Positions 36,683-47,365 of a stretch of DNA of 56,783 nucleotides are shown piece after piece (position 1 is the stretch's first letter; each line of letters opens with the position of its first letter). Made by a program: the position numbers and the translations under genes. The notes under the pieces are model-generated. The model saw only the letters and a program-made list of their open reading frames with translations, was not told where the DNA came from and did no database searches. This DNA is from a candidate division WOR-3 bacterium (GTDB taxonomy: Bacteria > Hydrothermota > Tepidihabitantia > Tepidihabitantales > Tepidihabitantaceae), in assembly GCA_965649295.1 (NCBI GenBank), contig CBFGKH010000007.1, positions 1 to 56,783 on the forward strand, given 5' to 3'.

Positions 36683-37392
36683 GGACTCACTCCAAGCGGT
36701 ATCGTAGTGTCCAGGCAAAGTATGACCGGTCGAAACTCTACCGGCTTGACGAGGCGGTTCGGGTGGTCAAGGAAAATGCGACTGCCAAGTTTGATGAGTC
36801 GGTTGATGTTGCCGTGAAGTTGGGAATCGATCCGAAGAAGACCGACCAGCTTGTCTCCGGCACGGTCTTGCTGCCCAACGGCACCGGCAAGCAGGTACGA
36901 GTGCTTGTTTTCTGCAAAGGTGAGAAACAGGATGAGGCCAAGGCGGCCGGGGCGGATTATGTCGGTTTTGAGGACCTGGTCGAGAAAATCAGTGGTGGTT
37001 GGTTCGACTTTGATGTCGTGGTCGCCACGCCCGATACGATGTCGGCAGTTGGTCGGCTTGGCAAGGTGCTTGGCCCCAAGGGCCTGATGCCATCGCCCAA
37101 AACCCAGACCGTCACATTCGACGTTGCCCAAACCGTCAAGAGCCTGAAGGCCGGTCGTATCAAATATCGCACCGACAAGACCGGCAACATCCATGCCCTA
37201 ATTGGTAAGGCGTCGTTCTCGCCGGAACAACTGGCTGGCAATGTTCGCGCTTTCATGCAGGAAGTGATTCGGACCAAGCCGGCAACTGCCAAGGGACAGT
37301 ATATCAAGAGCGTTGTGCTGTCATCAACGATGGGACCGGGTGTCAGGCTGGACCCCCGTGAGTTTACCGATACCACCCGCAAGGAGGTCTAG
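36679..37392 (+). CDS. rplA: 50S ribosomal protein uL1
   Basis: [14 protein letters not shown] and SSTMGPG. Confidence 0.98.
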   Translation: MRTHSKRYRSVQAKYDRSKLYRLDEAVRVVKENATAKFDESVDVAVKLGIDPKKTDQLVSGTVLLPNGTGKQVRVLVFCKGEKQDEAKAAGADYVGFEDLVEKISGGWFDFDVVVATPDTMSAVGRLGKVLGPKGLMPSPKTQTVTFDVAQTVKSLKAGRIKYRTDKTGNIHALIGKASFSPEQLAGNVRAFMQEVIRTKPATAKGQYIKSVVLSSTMGPGVRLDPREFTDTTRKEV

Positions 37393-37393
37393 G

Positions 37394-37948
37394 ATGCCGA
37401 AACAGGAAAAGATTGAAGCTGTTGCCCGCTTGAAAGAGCAGATTGCTTCTGCATCGGCGCTCTACTTCCTTGATTTCACGAAGGTGACGGCCAACGACTT
37501 CAATGCTCTCCGTCGTCGGCTGGGAGTTCCGGTTCGGGTTGTCAAGAATCGGCTCGCGTTGCGGGCACTGACTGAGTCCGGGACACCGGCTGCGGTCGAG
37601 GCGATGCTGAAGGGGCCGACGTCGCTGGTCTTTGCCGGCGAGGACCCAGTGGCACCGGCGCGGACGATCCGCGAAGCGGTGAAGAAGGGCGACGGCCTCA
37701 AGTTCAAGGGCGCTTTTCTCGACGGTACGCTCTTTGGGGCAGACCGTTTTGAGTTTCTGGCCAGTCTGCCGACCAAGCTTGAATTGCGGGCCGAGGTTGT
37801 CGGGGTACTGGAGTCGCCGATTGCCGAGCTGGTTTTCGGTCTCGAATCGCTAATCGGTGATCTGGTATTCGTCATTGACCAAGTGAGAGAGCGAGTTGGC
37901 GAGTCGGCAACTGCGGCCGAGTCGGCAACTGCCCCGGCCGCCGGCTGA
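37394..37948 (+). CDS. rplJ: 50S ribosomal protein uL10
   Basis: VVKNRL, LKGPT and LASLPT. ATG at 37394 with AAGGAGG upstream. Confidence 0.95.
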   Translation: MPKQEKIEAVARLKEQIASASALYFLDFTKVTANDFNALRRRLGVPVRVVKNRLALRALTESGTPAAVEAMLKGPTSLVFAGEDPVAPARTIREAVKKGDGLKFKGAFLDGTLFGADRFEFLASLPTKLELRAEVVGVLESPIAELVFGLESLIGDLVFVIDQVRERVGESATAAESATAPAAG

Positions 37949-38080
37949 TGAAGATTTCTGCACTCTCCCATCAAGATGCCACGGGAGTGAGAGTATTGCT
38001 GCTTCTAGATCAGGTCTGGTTAGCGATGCCGTCGGTTGTGACGGCGGAACCGGCGCTGTGAGCGCCAGTCTGCAGGAGGA

Positions 38081-38479
38081 ATGATGGCGGATAACAAGAT
38101 CCAGCAGGTAATGGAGACGATTGAAGGGTTGACGGTTACTGAGCTTGCTGAGTTGGTCAAGGCCTTGAAGGAGAAGTTCGGCGTTACCGGGCCGGCGTTT
38201 GTGGCGGCCGGCGCCATGCCCGCAGGCGGAGCGCCGGGGGCGGCACCAGCGGCAGCCAGTGAGGAGAAGACGGAGTTCACTGTCACCCTTACATCGGTTG
38301 GCGATAAGAAGATTCAGGTTCTCAAGGAGTTACGCGCGGTGACGTCGCTCGGCCTGAAGGAGGCCAAGGACCTGATTGACAAGGCGCCGAGCGTGATCAA
38401 GGAGAATGCGACTAAGGAAGAAGCAGAGAAGATCAAGGCAAAGCTGGAGGAAGTCGGAGCCAAGGTCGAGGTAAAGTAG
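38081..38479 (+). CDS. rplL: 50S ribosomal protein bL12
   Basis: [15 protein letters not shown] and LGLKEAKDL. Confidence 0.98.
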   Translation: MMADNKIQQVMETIEGLTVTELAELVKALKEKFGVTGPAFVAAGAMPAGGAPGAAPAAASEEKTEFTVTLTSVGDKKIQVLKELRAVTSLGLKEAKDLIDKAPSVIKENATKEEAEKIKAKLEEVGAKVEVK

Positions 38480-38480
38480 G

Positions 38481-41400
38481 ATGAAACAGAAGGACTTCTC
38501 TAAGAGCGGCACCTTCTTAGAGATTCCGAGCCTGCTTTCGCTGCAGCTCGATTCCTTCTTCGATTTCGTTCAGTTCGACACCGAACCGGCCAAGCGGGAG
38601 GCGCGCGGGCTCGAAGGCGTGCTGCGCGAGACTTTTCCAATTGAAGACGTTCACAAGAACTTCAAACTGGAGTATGTGAACTACGTCTTCGGCGAGCCGA
38701 AGTACTCGCCCGAGGAGGCAATGGCCAAGGGCGTAAACTACTCGATGCCGCTGAAGGTTGTCTTCAAAATGACCAAGCGTGAGCTTGGCGAACAGTCGGA
38801 TAAGGTCAGGGACATTATCGAGCAGGAGGTCTTCTTCTGCGAGTTACCCTGGATGACCGAGAACGGTACGTTCATTATCAATGGTGTCGAGCGGGTCATC
38901 GTCAGTCAGTTGCATCGCTCGCCCGGCGTCTATTTCTCTCGTGAGGGTGATGAGTTCTCGGCATTGCTGGTGCCGTTGCGCGGAGCCTGGTTTGAACTGG
39001 TAGTGGATAAGCACAACCAGTTGCTGGTGCTGCTCGACCGGAAGCGGCGAATCTCGGCGGCAACGTTCCTCCGTGCGCTCGGCTACAGCCACGAGGACCT
39101 GCTTGCTAGCTTGTTCCGAATCGTCGAGAAGCCACTGGCCGTTGATGACATCATCGCCCGGCCGATTCGCGGTGATGGCGATGAAGTGTATGCGCAACCC
39201 GGCGAACAAGTCACCGAAGGGTTGCTGGAGTTCTTAGCTTCGAAGGGTGTTACCAAGGGTTGGGTTGTTGATGGTCGCCCGCCCGGTGTTGATATTCTTG
39301 CCCGGACGCTCCGAGCAGACCGGACTTCTTCCAAAGAGGAAGCAATCAAGCGTATCTACTATCGGTTGCGCTCAATTGCACCGCACTCGATCGATGTTGC
39401 TGAGAGCGTGATTGTTGGGATGCTCTTCGACCGCAAGCGGTTTGACCTCGGGTCGGTTGGGCGCTACAAGCTCAATCAGCGGTTGATGCTGAAGGTGCCG
39501 GCAACCGAGACCGGTCTGTTGCAGAAAGACGTCCTTGCTATCGTCGCCCATCTGCTGCGGTTTGCTGGTGATGGCCGCCTCTATGTGGTGCGCTATCAGG
39601 CCGGTTCGGCCGAGGAGCGCGAGAAGGCGCTGGCCCTGCTCAAGGAGCATGACCGGCTGCCCGATGCGCAACACTGGTATGACCGTCGCGGCGAGCTGGA
39701 GATGACCTATTACGACGAGGCTCGGGGCAAGCAGGCCGAGAAGCTCATCAGTGGTCGGGGACGGCAGGTGGTGGCAGAATCGGTCCGCTACCAGGCCGAT
39801 GACGTTGATCATCTTGCCTCTCGCCGTGTGAAGCGAGTTGGCGAGCTGCTGGAGAATCAGTTTCGGGCGGCGCTGCTGCAACTGGCTCAGAACATCCGTG
39901 AGCGAGCGGCCTTCGTCGATGATTCGCAACTGACACCGCAGGAACTGGTCAATACGCGGGTCGTGGCAACTGCCATCATGCAGTTTTTTACCCAGAGCCA
40001 GCTCTGTCAGTTCATGGAGCAGACGAATCCTTTGACCGAACTGACCCACAAGCGTCGAGTATCAACGCTGGGGCCAGGCGGACTGACCAAGGAGACGGCC
40101 GGATTCGAGGTTCGCGATGTTCACTACTCGCATTACGGTCGGGTCTGTCCGATTGAGACACCGGAAGGACCAAACATCGGGTTAATCTCAACGGTCTCAA
40201 CCTATGCCAAGGTTGATGAATACGGCTTCATCACCACGCCTTACTGGCGGGTGGTGAACGGCAAGGTCATCATCGGCAAAGGTCGTGAGGTTTATCTCAA
40301 CCCGGATGAAGAAGACCGTTACGCGATTGCTCAGGCAACGAGTGAACTGACCGAAGACCATCGTTTTGCTCGCGACTTGGTTATCTGCCGGCGGCGTGGC
40401 GATGTTGTGTCACTGCCACCGGATCAGGTCGATTTCATGGATGTGTCGCCGAAGCAGCTCTTTGCTCCTTCGACGGTGATGGTGCCATTCCTTGAGCACG
40501 ATGATGCCGACCGGGCTTTGATGGGTGCGAACATGCAGCGGCAGGCGGTGCCATTGTTGTTGCCCGAGAAGCCGCTGGTGGCGACTGGGGTTGAGGAGAA
40601 GTTCGCGGCTGAGTCCGGTGCGACGTTATTGGCAAACGAAGACGGCGTTGTCACCAAGGTCGATGCCCGGACAATTGTTGTGCGGTCGGAAACCGGTCTT
40701 ATTGAGTATCGGCTCCGCAAGTATAAGAAATCGAACCAGTACACCTGTCTGTCGCAGCGGCCAGCAGTGCGGGCTGGCGATACGGTGAAGAAAGGTGACT
40801 TGCTGGCTGATGGTCCGGCAACTGAAGATGGTCAGCTTGCCTTGGGACGTAACGTCTTTGTCGCCTTCACTCCTTGGCGTGGCTATAACTACGAGGATGC
40901 AATAATCGTCTCCGAGGAGCTGCTGCGTGATGATGCGTTCACGTCAATTCAGATCCTCGAATTCGAGATTCAAGCGCGCGAGACGAAGCTGGGGCCGGAA
41001 GAGATTACCCGCGACATCCCTGGGGCTACCGAGGACGAACTGCGAAACCTTGACGAGTTCGGCGTCATTCGGGTCGGAGCAGAGGTCGGGCCGGGTGATA
41101 TTCTTGTCGGCAGGATCACTCCCAAGGGCGAGACCGAGTTTACGCCGGAAGAGCGCTTGCTACGGGCAATCTTCGGTGAGAAGGCGGCGAATGTGCGCGA
41201 CACTTCGTTGCGGGTCGAGCCGGGAGTCTTCGGAGTTGTGGTTGAACGCCGGATCCTTAGTCGCAAGCTTCCCGACCCGATGAACCGCCGGCTGGAGAAA
41301 GAACGGGTGGCGCAGGCTAATCATCGCTACGAGTTGAAGAAGGAGTTCTGCCAGCTGCGTCGCGATGAGCGCATCCGCTCGATACTGCGCGGTCAGAAGG

Positions 41401-42437
41401 CCGCAGCCAATGCCAAGGACAGCCGGGGCAACATCCTGCACAAGGCCGGGCTGCCGATGACCGACGAGTTTCTTCGCTCGCCAGAGTTCAGCAATGTCCG
41501 CAATGTTGAGCAGCTTGTATCGAATCCGAAGCTGCAGATGGAGCTACGGGCGGCGATCAAAGAGTATGAAGATGGATTGGTTGAGGCCGAGCGCGAGAAG
41601 CGACAGGAGATCGAGCGGGTATCACGGGGCGACGAGCTGCCGCACGGTGTCCTCAAGTGGATTACCGTTTTCATCGCTCAGAAACGGCGGCTGTCAGTCG
41701 GTGACAAGATGGCCGGTCGTCACGGGAACAAGGGCGTTGTTTCCAAGGTTCTGCCGGTTGAGGACATGCCCTATATTGCCGTTGCTGCCGATGATGCGAC
41801 AGCAAGTGATACGATCAAGAGCCTGCGCGGCCGAGCCGTTGACATGATTCTCAATCCGCTCGGTGTGCCCTCGCGAATGAATCTTGGTCAGGTGCTGGAG
41901 ACGCATCTGGGCTGGGCGGCGAGTGTGTTGGGCTACCAGGCAGTTTGTCCAGTGTTTCAGAGCGCCAGCCCTGAAGAGATCAAGGCCGAACTGCGACGTG
42001 CTGGTCTGCCCGAGGATGGCAAGCTTGTTCTCTACGATGGCCGCACTGGCGAGCCGTTCGACGCCAAGATTTGCGTGGGGATGATGTACATGGTCAAGCT
42101 CATCCACATGGTTGATGACAAGATCCACGCTCGCTCGACCGGTCGCTACTCGCTTATCACCCAGCAGCCGCTCGGTGGCAAGGCTCAGTTCGGCGGTCAG
42201 CGATTCGGCGAGATGGAGGTCTGGGCGCTGGAGGCGTATGGCGCCGCCCATGCCCTGCAGGAGATGCTGACGGTGAAGTCGGACGATGTTGAGGGGCGAA
42301 GCGCACTCTATGAGGCGCTGATTCGGGGTAAGAACCCACCGCGGCCGAAGGCGCCGGCGTCATTCTCGGTGCTCGTCAAGGAATTGCAGGGGCTTGGCCT
42401 CGAGCTCATTCCCGAGCGGGGAAAGGAGAGCGCTTGA
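38481..42437 (+). CDS. rpoB: RNA polymerase beta subunit
   Basis: SQLHRSPG, CPIETPEGPNIGL, GDKMAGRHGNKG and GGQRFGEME. Confidence 0.99.
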   Translation: MKQKDFSKSGTFLEIPSLLSLQLDSFFDFVQFDTEPAKREARGLEGVLRETFPIEDVHKNFKLEYVNYVFGEPKYSPEEAMAKGVNYSMPLKVVFKMTKRELGEQSDKVRDIIEQEVFFCELPWMTENGTFIINGVERVIVSQLHRSPGVYFSREGDEFSALLVPLRGAWFELVVDKHNQLLVLLDRKRRISAATFLRALGYSHEDLLASLFRIVEKPLAVDDIIARPIRGDGDEVYAQPGEQVTEGLLEFLASKGVTKGWVVDGRPPGVDILARTLRADRTSSKEEAIKRIYYRLRSIAPHSIDVAESVIVGMLFDRKRFDLGSVGRYKLNQRLMLKVPATETGLLQKDVLAIVAHLLRFAGDGRLYVVRYQAGSAEEREKALALLKEHDRLPDAQHWYDRRGELEMTYYDEARGKQAEKLISGRGRQVVAESVRYQADDVDHLASRRVKRVGELLENQFRAALLQLAQNIRERAAFVDDSQLTPQELVNTRVVATAIMQFFTQSQLCQFMEQTNPLTELTHKRRVSTLGPGGLTKETAGFEVRDVHYSHYGRVCPIETPEGPNIGLISTVSTYAKVDEYGFITTPYWRVVNGKVIIGKGREVYLNPDEEDRYAIAQATSELTEDHRFARDLVICRRRGDVVSLPPDQVDFMDVSPKQLFAPSTVMVPFLEHDDADRALMGANMQRQAVPLLLPEKPLVATGVEEKFAAESGATLLANEDGVVTKVDARTIVVRSETGLIEYRLRKYKKSNQYTCLSQRPAVRAGDTVKKGDLLADGPATEDGQLALGRNVFVAFTPWRGYNYEDAIIVSEELLRDDAFTSIQILEFEIQARETKLGPEEITRDIPGATEDELRNLDEFGVIRVGAEVGPGDILVGRITPKGETEFTPEERLLRAIFGEKAANVRDTSLRVEPGVFGVVVERRILSRKLPDPMNRRLEKERVAQANHRYELKKEFCQLRRDERIRSILRGQKAAANAKDSRGNILHKAGLPMTDEFLRSPEFSNVRNVEQLVSNPKLQMELRAAIKEYEDGLVEAEREKRQEIERVSRGDELPHGVLKWITVFIAQKRRLSVGDKMAGRHGNKGVVSKVLPVEDMPYIAVAADDATASDTIKSLRGRAVDMILNPLGVPSRMNLGQVLETHLGWAASVLGYQAVCPVFQSASPEEIKAELRRAGLPEDGKLVLYDGRTGEPFDAKICVGMMYMVKLIHMVDDKIHARSTGRYSLITQQPLGGKAQFGGQRFGEMEVWALEAYGAAHALQEMLTVKSDDVEGRSALYEALIRGKNPPRPKAPASFSVLVKELQGLGLELIPERGKESA

Positions 42438-45400
42438 TGTCTGACCGCGACTTCTTCGATTTCGACTCGCTGCGATTGCGGATTGCCTCGCCGGAAATAA
42501 TCAGGAGCTGGTCGAGCGGCGAAGTGCTGAAGCCGGAGACAATCAACTACCGTACCCAGAAGCCGGAGCGGGACGGGTTGTTCTGCGAGCGGATTTTCGG
42601 GCCGGTCAAGGACTACGAGTGCAATTGCGGCAAGTATAAGAAGATTCGCTACAAGGGTATCGTCTGCGACCGCTGTGGAGTTGAAGTGACGACATCGGCG
42701 GTCCGGCGGCAGCGGATGGGGCATGTTGAGCTGGTGGTGCCAGTGGCACATACGCTCTTCTATCAGGTTCCGCCGTCAAAAGTGGGGCTGATGCTGGCGT
42801 TGTCAATCAATCAGGTTGAGACGATTCTCAACTACGAGGCCTACATCGTTATCGAACCGGGTAACTCGCCTTACAAGAAGATGGAGCTTATCTCCGAAGA
42901 GGAATACCGCAAGAACGGCAGCCGGTTCGAGGGATTCGAAGCGGCCACCGGTGCTCCGGCTCTGAAGACGTTGCTTTCCCAGATTGAGCTTGATGACTTG
43001 GCTGCCGAACTGCGCGCCAGGATCAAGCACGAGACATCGCGGCGTTTTCAGTTGCTGCGGCGGCTGCGGGTGGTTGAGGCATTTCGTACCTCGGGGGCGC
43101 GACCGGAGTGGATGATTCTCGATGTGTTGCCGGTTATTCCGCCCGATCTGCGTCCACTGGTGCCGCTTGAGGGTGGTCGTTACGCCACTTCCGACCTCAA
43201 TGATCTCTACAAGCGTGTGATCGTTCGCAACAATCGGCTCAAGCACCTGCTGTCGATCCGGACACCTGACATCATTCTCAAGAATGAGAAGCGGATGTTG
43301 CAGGATGCCGTGGACACGTTGTTCTCAAACGAAACGCGGCCACGGCCGGTGCGTGGTCGGGGCAACCGGGCGCTCAAGTCACTCTGCGAGGCATTGCGTG
43401 GCAAGCAGGGTCGTTTCCGCCGCAACCTACTCGGTAAGCGTGTTGACTATTCTGGCCGTTCGGTGATAGTTGTTGACCCAACGCTTAAGCTGCACCAGTG
43501 CAGTCTCCCCAAGGAGATGGCGCTGGAGCTCTTCAAGCCACTAATCCTGCGTCGGCTTGAAGAGCGGCGGCTGGCCGAGTCTGAGCGTGGTGCCAAGAGC
43601 ATGTATCGGCGCGAGGCACCCGAGGTCTGGGAGGTGCTGGAAGAGGTGACACGCGCCCATCCGGTGTTGCTCAACCGTGCGCCGACCCTTCACCGCGTCT
43701 CAGTAGAAGCCTTCTTTCCGATTCTTTCCGAGCATCGGGCGATTGGCATTCATCCGTTGGTCTGTCCGCCGTTCAATGCCGATTTTGACGGCGACACGAT
43801 GTCAGTGCATGTCCCTCTAACACCCGAGGCAGTGCTTGAGTCGCAAGTACTGATGCTCTCATCGCACAATATTCTGTCGCCAGCCCACGGCCGACCGCTG
43901 ATGACGCCGTCGCAGGACATCGTCGCTGGTATTTACTACATCACCAAGACCCGGCCGGGGAATACGACAGCCGTCGGTTTCTTCGATGACTTCCATACTG
44001 TTCGTTCGGCCTTCGACCTTGGCGAGTTACGGATTCACGATCCCATTCGTTTCCGCTACGACGGCAAAGTGTACGACACGACGGTCGGGCGCGTTCTTTT
44101 CAATGAGGTGCTGCCGCCACAGCTGCGCTTTGTCAATCACGTCTGTCCCAAGGATAAGCTAGTTGGGTTGGTAGATCGTTGCAGCCGGACACTAGGAATT
44201 GAGGCCACGGCGCGATTGCTTGATGATGTCAAGGACCTCGGATTTGAGATGGCAACCCGCTCCGGGTTGTCAATCGGCATTGATGATGTCGTGGTTCCTA
44301 AGGAAAAATACGATATTCTTGCTCGGTCAGAGAAGGAGTTGCGGCGGGTGCAGAAGGCCTACGATCGTGGGCTGATGACCGACTCCGAGAAGTACAATCT
44401 TGTTGTCAACACTTGGACGCTGGCCACGGCCGAAGTCGAGGAGGCGTTGATGCGCCACCTGGCTGCCGACCAGGACGGTTTCAATCCTATTTTCATGTTG
44501 ATTGATTCGTCAGCCCGCGGTTCACGTACTCAGGCCGCTCAGATCGGTGGGATGCGGGGATTGATGGCCAAGCCTCAGCGCCGCTCGGTTGGCGAGGAGG
44601 TTATCGAGACGCCAATCAAGAGCTCATTCCGCGAAGGGTTGTCGGTGTGGGAGTACTTCATATCAACCCATGGTGCTCGCAAGGGCCTGACCGATACTGC
44701 GCTCAAGACCGCTGAAGCCGGGTATCTTACTCGGCGACTGGTTGACGTGGCGCAGGATGTCGTCATCACTATCGAAGACTGTGGGACGATTCTGGGGCAG
44801 GAGATAAGTGCTCTGCGTGAGGGCGCCGATGTCGTCGAGCCGCTGTCGGAGCGCATTGCCGGCCGCTTCTCGCTTGATGATATCGTCAATCCGGTGTCGG
44901 GTGAGATAATCGTGCCGGCCGGTGAGGAGATTACCGACGAGGCGGCCGAGGAGATCGAAGACTACGGTATCGAGACGGTCCGGGTCCGTTCGGTGTTGAC
45001 CTGCGAGGCTCAGAATGGGCTCTGCGTCAAATGCTATGGCCGTAACATGGCAACCGGCAAGATCGTCGAGATTGGCGAGGCGGTTGGCATAGTGGCGGCG
45101 CAGTCGATCGGTGAACCTGGTACCCAGCTCACGTTGAAGACATTCCACGTTGGCGGTGTCGCTAGTCTGACCGGTGAGCAGACCAAGGCGACGGCAAAGT
45201 ATGCCAGCAAGGTCAAGTATGAGAATCTAATTACGGTGCAGCGCAGCGACGGCGAGACAGTTGCTCCGGTCGCCGGTCGCTTGCAACTGGTGGCTGCGGA
45301 CCGTGTTGTACCGTTCAACGTACCGGCCGGCGCCATCGTTCGTGTCGCTGACGGAGCAGAGGTGCGCGAGGGTGATACCTTGTTTGAGTGGGAGCCATAT

Positions 45401-46447
45401 TCGATTCCAATTCTTGCTGGCGCCAAGGGCACGGTCGTCTTTCACGACATCGAAATGGGTGTGACGATGCGGGAAGACATCGATGAGCGCACTGAACGCA
45501 AGCAGCGGATTATCACTGATGACCGGGAGCACCGGCTCCACCCGCGAATCACGATTGTCAATGCCAAGGGCAAGACGATCGAAACTCATGCTCTGCCGGC
45601 TGGTGCCTATCTGATGGTTGAGGACAAGCAGGAGGTACTACCTGGCGATGCGCTCGCCCGCTTGCTGCGGGAGATGGGACGGACCAAAGACATCACCGGT
45701 GGTCTGCCCAAGGTGGCTGAGCTCTTTGAGGCAAAACGGGTGAAGGACCCGGCAGTCATCTCAGAAATAGACGGTACGGTTGAAGTCGGTGAGCCGAAGG
45801 AAGGCGTGCGCGAAGTGAAGGTAGTGTCGGATGGTGGCACCGAGAAGGTCTATGAGATACCTTACGGCAAGTATCTGCTCGTTCAGACCGGTGACCGGGT
45901 ACGGGCCGGAGACAAACTCTGTGAGGGGTCGGTTGATCCTCACGACGTGTTGCGCGTGCGTGGTTGGCTAGCGGTGATGGAGTTCTTGACCAACCAGATT
46001 CAGGCGGTCTATCGGTTGCAAAAGGTCAAGATCAATGACAAGCACATTTCGGTCATCGTTCGTCAGATGCTGCGGAAGGCAAAGATTGAAGACGCCGGCG
46101 ACTCCAATTTCATCGAAGGTGAGATCGTGGAACGTCGGCGGATATATGCCGAGAACGCCAAGCTGATTGCTGAGAACATGCGACCGGCGAGCTTCCAGCC
46201 GATACTGCTGGGCATCACCCGAGCAGCGTTGCTTACCGAGAGTTTCCTTTCGGCTGCGTCTTTCCAGGAGACGACGCGGGTGCTGTCCGAGGCAGCGATT
46301 CAGGGGCGCGAAGACAAACTGCGCGGTCTGAAGGAGAATGTGATTGTCGGCAGGCTAGTTCCGGCTGGCACGGGATTCCGTGAGTTCTGTCGGATCAAGC
46401 TTGCCAGCGAAGATAAGCAAGATTCTGAAGTAGAGGAGACACCATAG
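42437..46447 (+). CDS. rpoC: RNA polymerase beta-prime subunit
   Basis: [17 protein letters not shown] and GYLTRRL. Start is ATG 42437 or TTG 42434. Confidence 0.99.
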   Translation: MSDRDFFDFDSLRLRIASPEIIRSWSSGEVLKPETINYRTQKPERDGLFCERIFGPVKDYECNCGKYKKIRYKGIVCDRCGVEVTTSAVRRQRMGHVELVVPVAHTLFYQVPPSKVGLMLALSINQVETILNYEAYIVIEPGNSPYKKMELISEEEYRKNGSRFEGFEAATGAPALKTLLSQIELDDLAAELRARIKHETSRRFQLLRRLRVVEAFRTSGARPEWMILDVLPVIPPDLRPLVPLEGGRYATSDLNDLYKRVIVRNNRLKHLLSIRTPDIILKNEKRMLQDAVDTLFSNETRPRPVRGRGNRALKSLCEALRGKQGRFRRNLLGKRVDYSGRSVIVVDPTLKLHQCSLPKEMALELFKPLILRRLEERRLAESERGAKSMYRREAPEVWEVLEEVTRAHPVLLNRAPTLHRVSVEAFFPILSEHRAIGIHPLVCPPFNADFDGDTMSVHVPLTPEAVLESQVLMLSSHNILSPAHGRPLMTPSQDIVAGIYYITKTRPGNTTAVGFFDDFHTVRSAFDLGELRIHDPIRFRYDGKVYDTTVGRVLFNEVLPPQLRFVNHVCPKDKLVGLVDRCSRTLGIEATARLLDDVKDLGFEMATRSGLSIGIDDVVVPKEKYDILARSEKELRRVQKAYDRGLMTDSEKYNLVVNTWTLATAEVEEALMRHLAADQDGFNPIFMLIDSSARGSRTQAAQIGGMRGLMAKPQRRSVGEEVIETPIKSSFREGLSVWEYFISTHGARKGLTDTALKTAEAGYLTRRLVDVAQDVVITIEDCGTILGQEISALREGADVVEPLSERIAGRFSLDDIVNPVSGEIIVPAGEEITDEAAEEIEDYGIETVRVRSVLTCEAQNGLCVKCYGRNMATGKIVEIGEAVGIVAAQSIGEPGTQLTLKTFHVGGVASLTGEQTKATAKYASKVKYENLITVQRSDGETVAPVAGRLQLVAADRVVPFNVPAGAIVRVADGAEVREGDTLFEWEPYSIPILAGAKGTVVFHDIEMGVTMREDIDERTERKQRIITDDREHRLHPRITIVNAKGKTIETHALPAGAYLMVEDKQEVLPGDALARLLREMGRTKDITGGLPKVAELFEAKRVKDPAVISEIDGTVEVGEPKEGVREVKVVSDGGTEKVYEIPYGKYLLVQTGDRVRAGDKLCEGSVDPHDVLRVRGWLAVMEFLTNQIQAVYRLQKVKINDKHISVIVRQMLRKAKIEDAGDSNFIEGEIVERRRIYAENAKLIAENMRPASFQPILLGITRAALLTESFLSAASFQETTRVLSEAAIQGREDKLRGLKENVIVGRLVPAGTGFREFCRIKLASEDKQDSEVEETP

Positions 46448-46448
46448 G

Positions 46449-46832
46449 ATGCCGACAATAAACCAACTTGTCCGCCGGCGCCGACGGGTCGTGCACAGCC
46501 GATCAAAGACGCCGGCATTGATGGGAAATCCCCAGAAGCGTGGTGTTTGTACACGCGTCTATACGACAACGCCCAAGAAGCCGAATTCGGCGCTACGGAA
46601 GGTTTGCAAAGTGCGTCTTACCAGCGGCTATGAGGTGACCGCCTACATTCCGGGTGAAGGGCACAACCTCCAGGAACACTCAATCGTCTTGGTGCGCGGA
46701 GGTCGAGTCAAAGACCTGCCCGGGGTTCGTTATCACGTCGTTCGGGGGGTGCTTGATACCACCGGTGTCGAGGGGCGGCGCCAGGGTCGTAGTCAGTATG
46801 GTGCCAAGCGGCCCAAGGCACAGGCGAGCTAA
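46449..46832 (+). CDS. rpsL: 30S ribosomal protein uS12
   Basis: [11 protein letters not shown] and [12 protein letters not shown]. Confidence 0.99.
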   Translation: MPTINQLVRRRRRVVHSRSKTPALMGNPQKRGVCTRVYTTTPKKPNSALRKVCKVRLTSGYEVTAYIPGEGHNLQEHSIVLVRGGRVKDLPGVRYHVVRGVLDTTGVEGRRQGRSQYGAKRPKAQAS

Positions 46833-46841
46833 GGAGCGCTG

Positions 46842-47312
46842 ATGTCGCGACGACGTACTCCGGTTCAGCGAGTGCCACCGCCCGATGCGCGCTACGGGTC
46901 GACATTCGTATCGAAGTTTATTAACAATCTGATGTGGTGCGGTAAGAAGACAGTGGCGACCCGTTTGTTCTATCAGGCGATGGACATCATTCAGGCCAAG
47001 ACCAATGAAGACGGCTACAGTGTGTTTCAGAAGGCAATGGCCAACGTGAAGCCAGTGCTCGAGGTGCGTCCACGCCGGGTGGGCGGCGCTACCTACCAGA
47101 TTCCGATGGAGGTGCGACCGAAGCGCCGGGATGCACTAGCCATCAAGTGGACAATAGCGGCGGCCCGTGCACGTAGCGAGCACACGATGGCCGAGCGGCT
47201 GGCAGCCGAGTTGATTGAGGCAAGCCGCAACCAGGGAGCAGCAGTCAAGAAGAAAGAAGATGCCCACAAGATGGCAGAAGCCAATCGTGCCTTCGCCCAC
47301 TACCGTTGGTAG
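46842..47312 (+). CDS. rpsG: 30S ribosomal protein uS7
   Basis: [11 protein letters not shown] and [15 protein letters not shown]. Confidence 0.99.
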   Translation: MSRRRTPVQRVPPPDARYGSTFVSKFINNLMWCGKKTVATRLFYQAMDIIQAKTNEDGYSVFQKAMANVKPVLEVRPRRVGGATYQIPMEVRPKRRDALAIKWTIAAARARSEHTMAERLAAELIEASRNQGAAVKKKEDAHKMAEANRAFAHYRW

Positions 47313-47336
47313 TTGACCGAAAGACTCTTCTACTTC

Positions 47337-47363
47337 AGCGGGGCTGCAAGATGCAGCCCCGCT
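47337..47363. terminator. Hairpin between convergent rpsG and pgeF
   Basis: Perfect 12-bp stem AGCGGGGCTGCA-AGA-TGCAGCCCCGCT. Confidence 0.75.
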
Positions 47364-47365
47364 TG

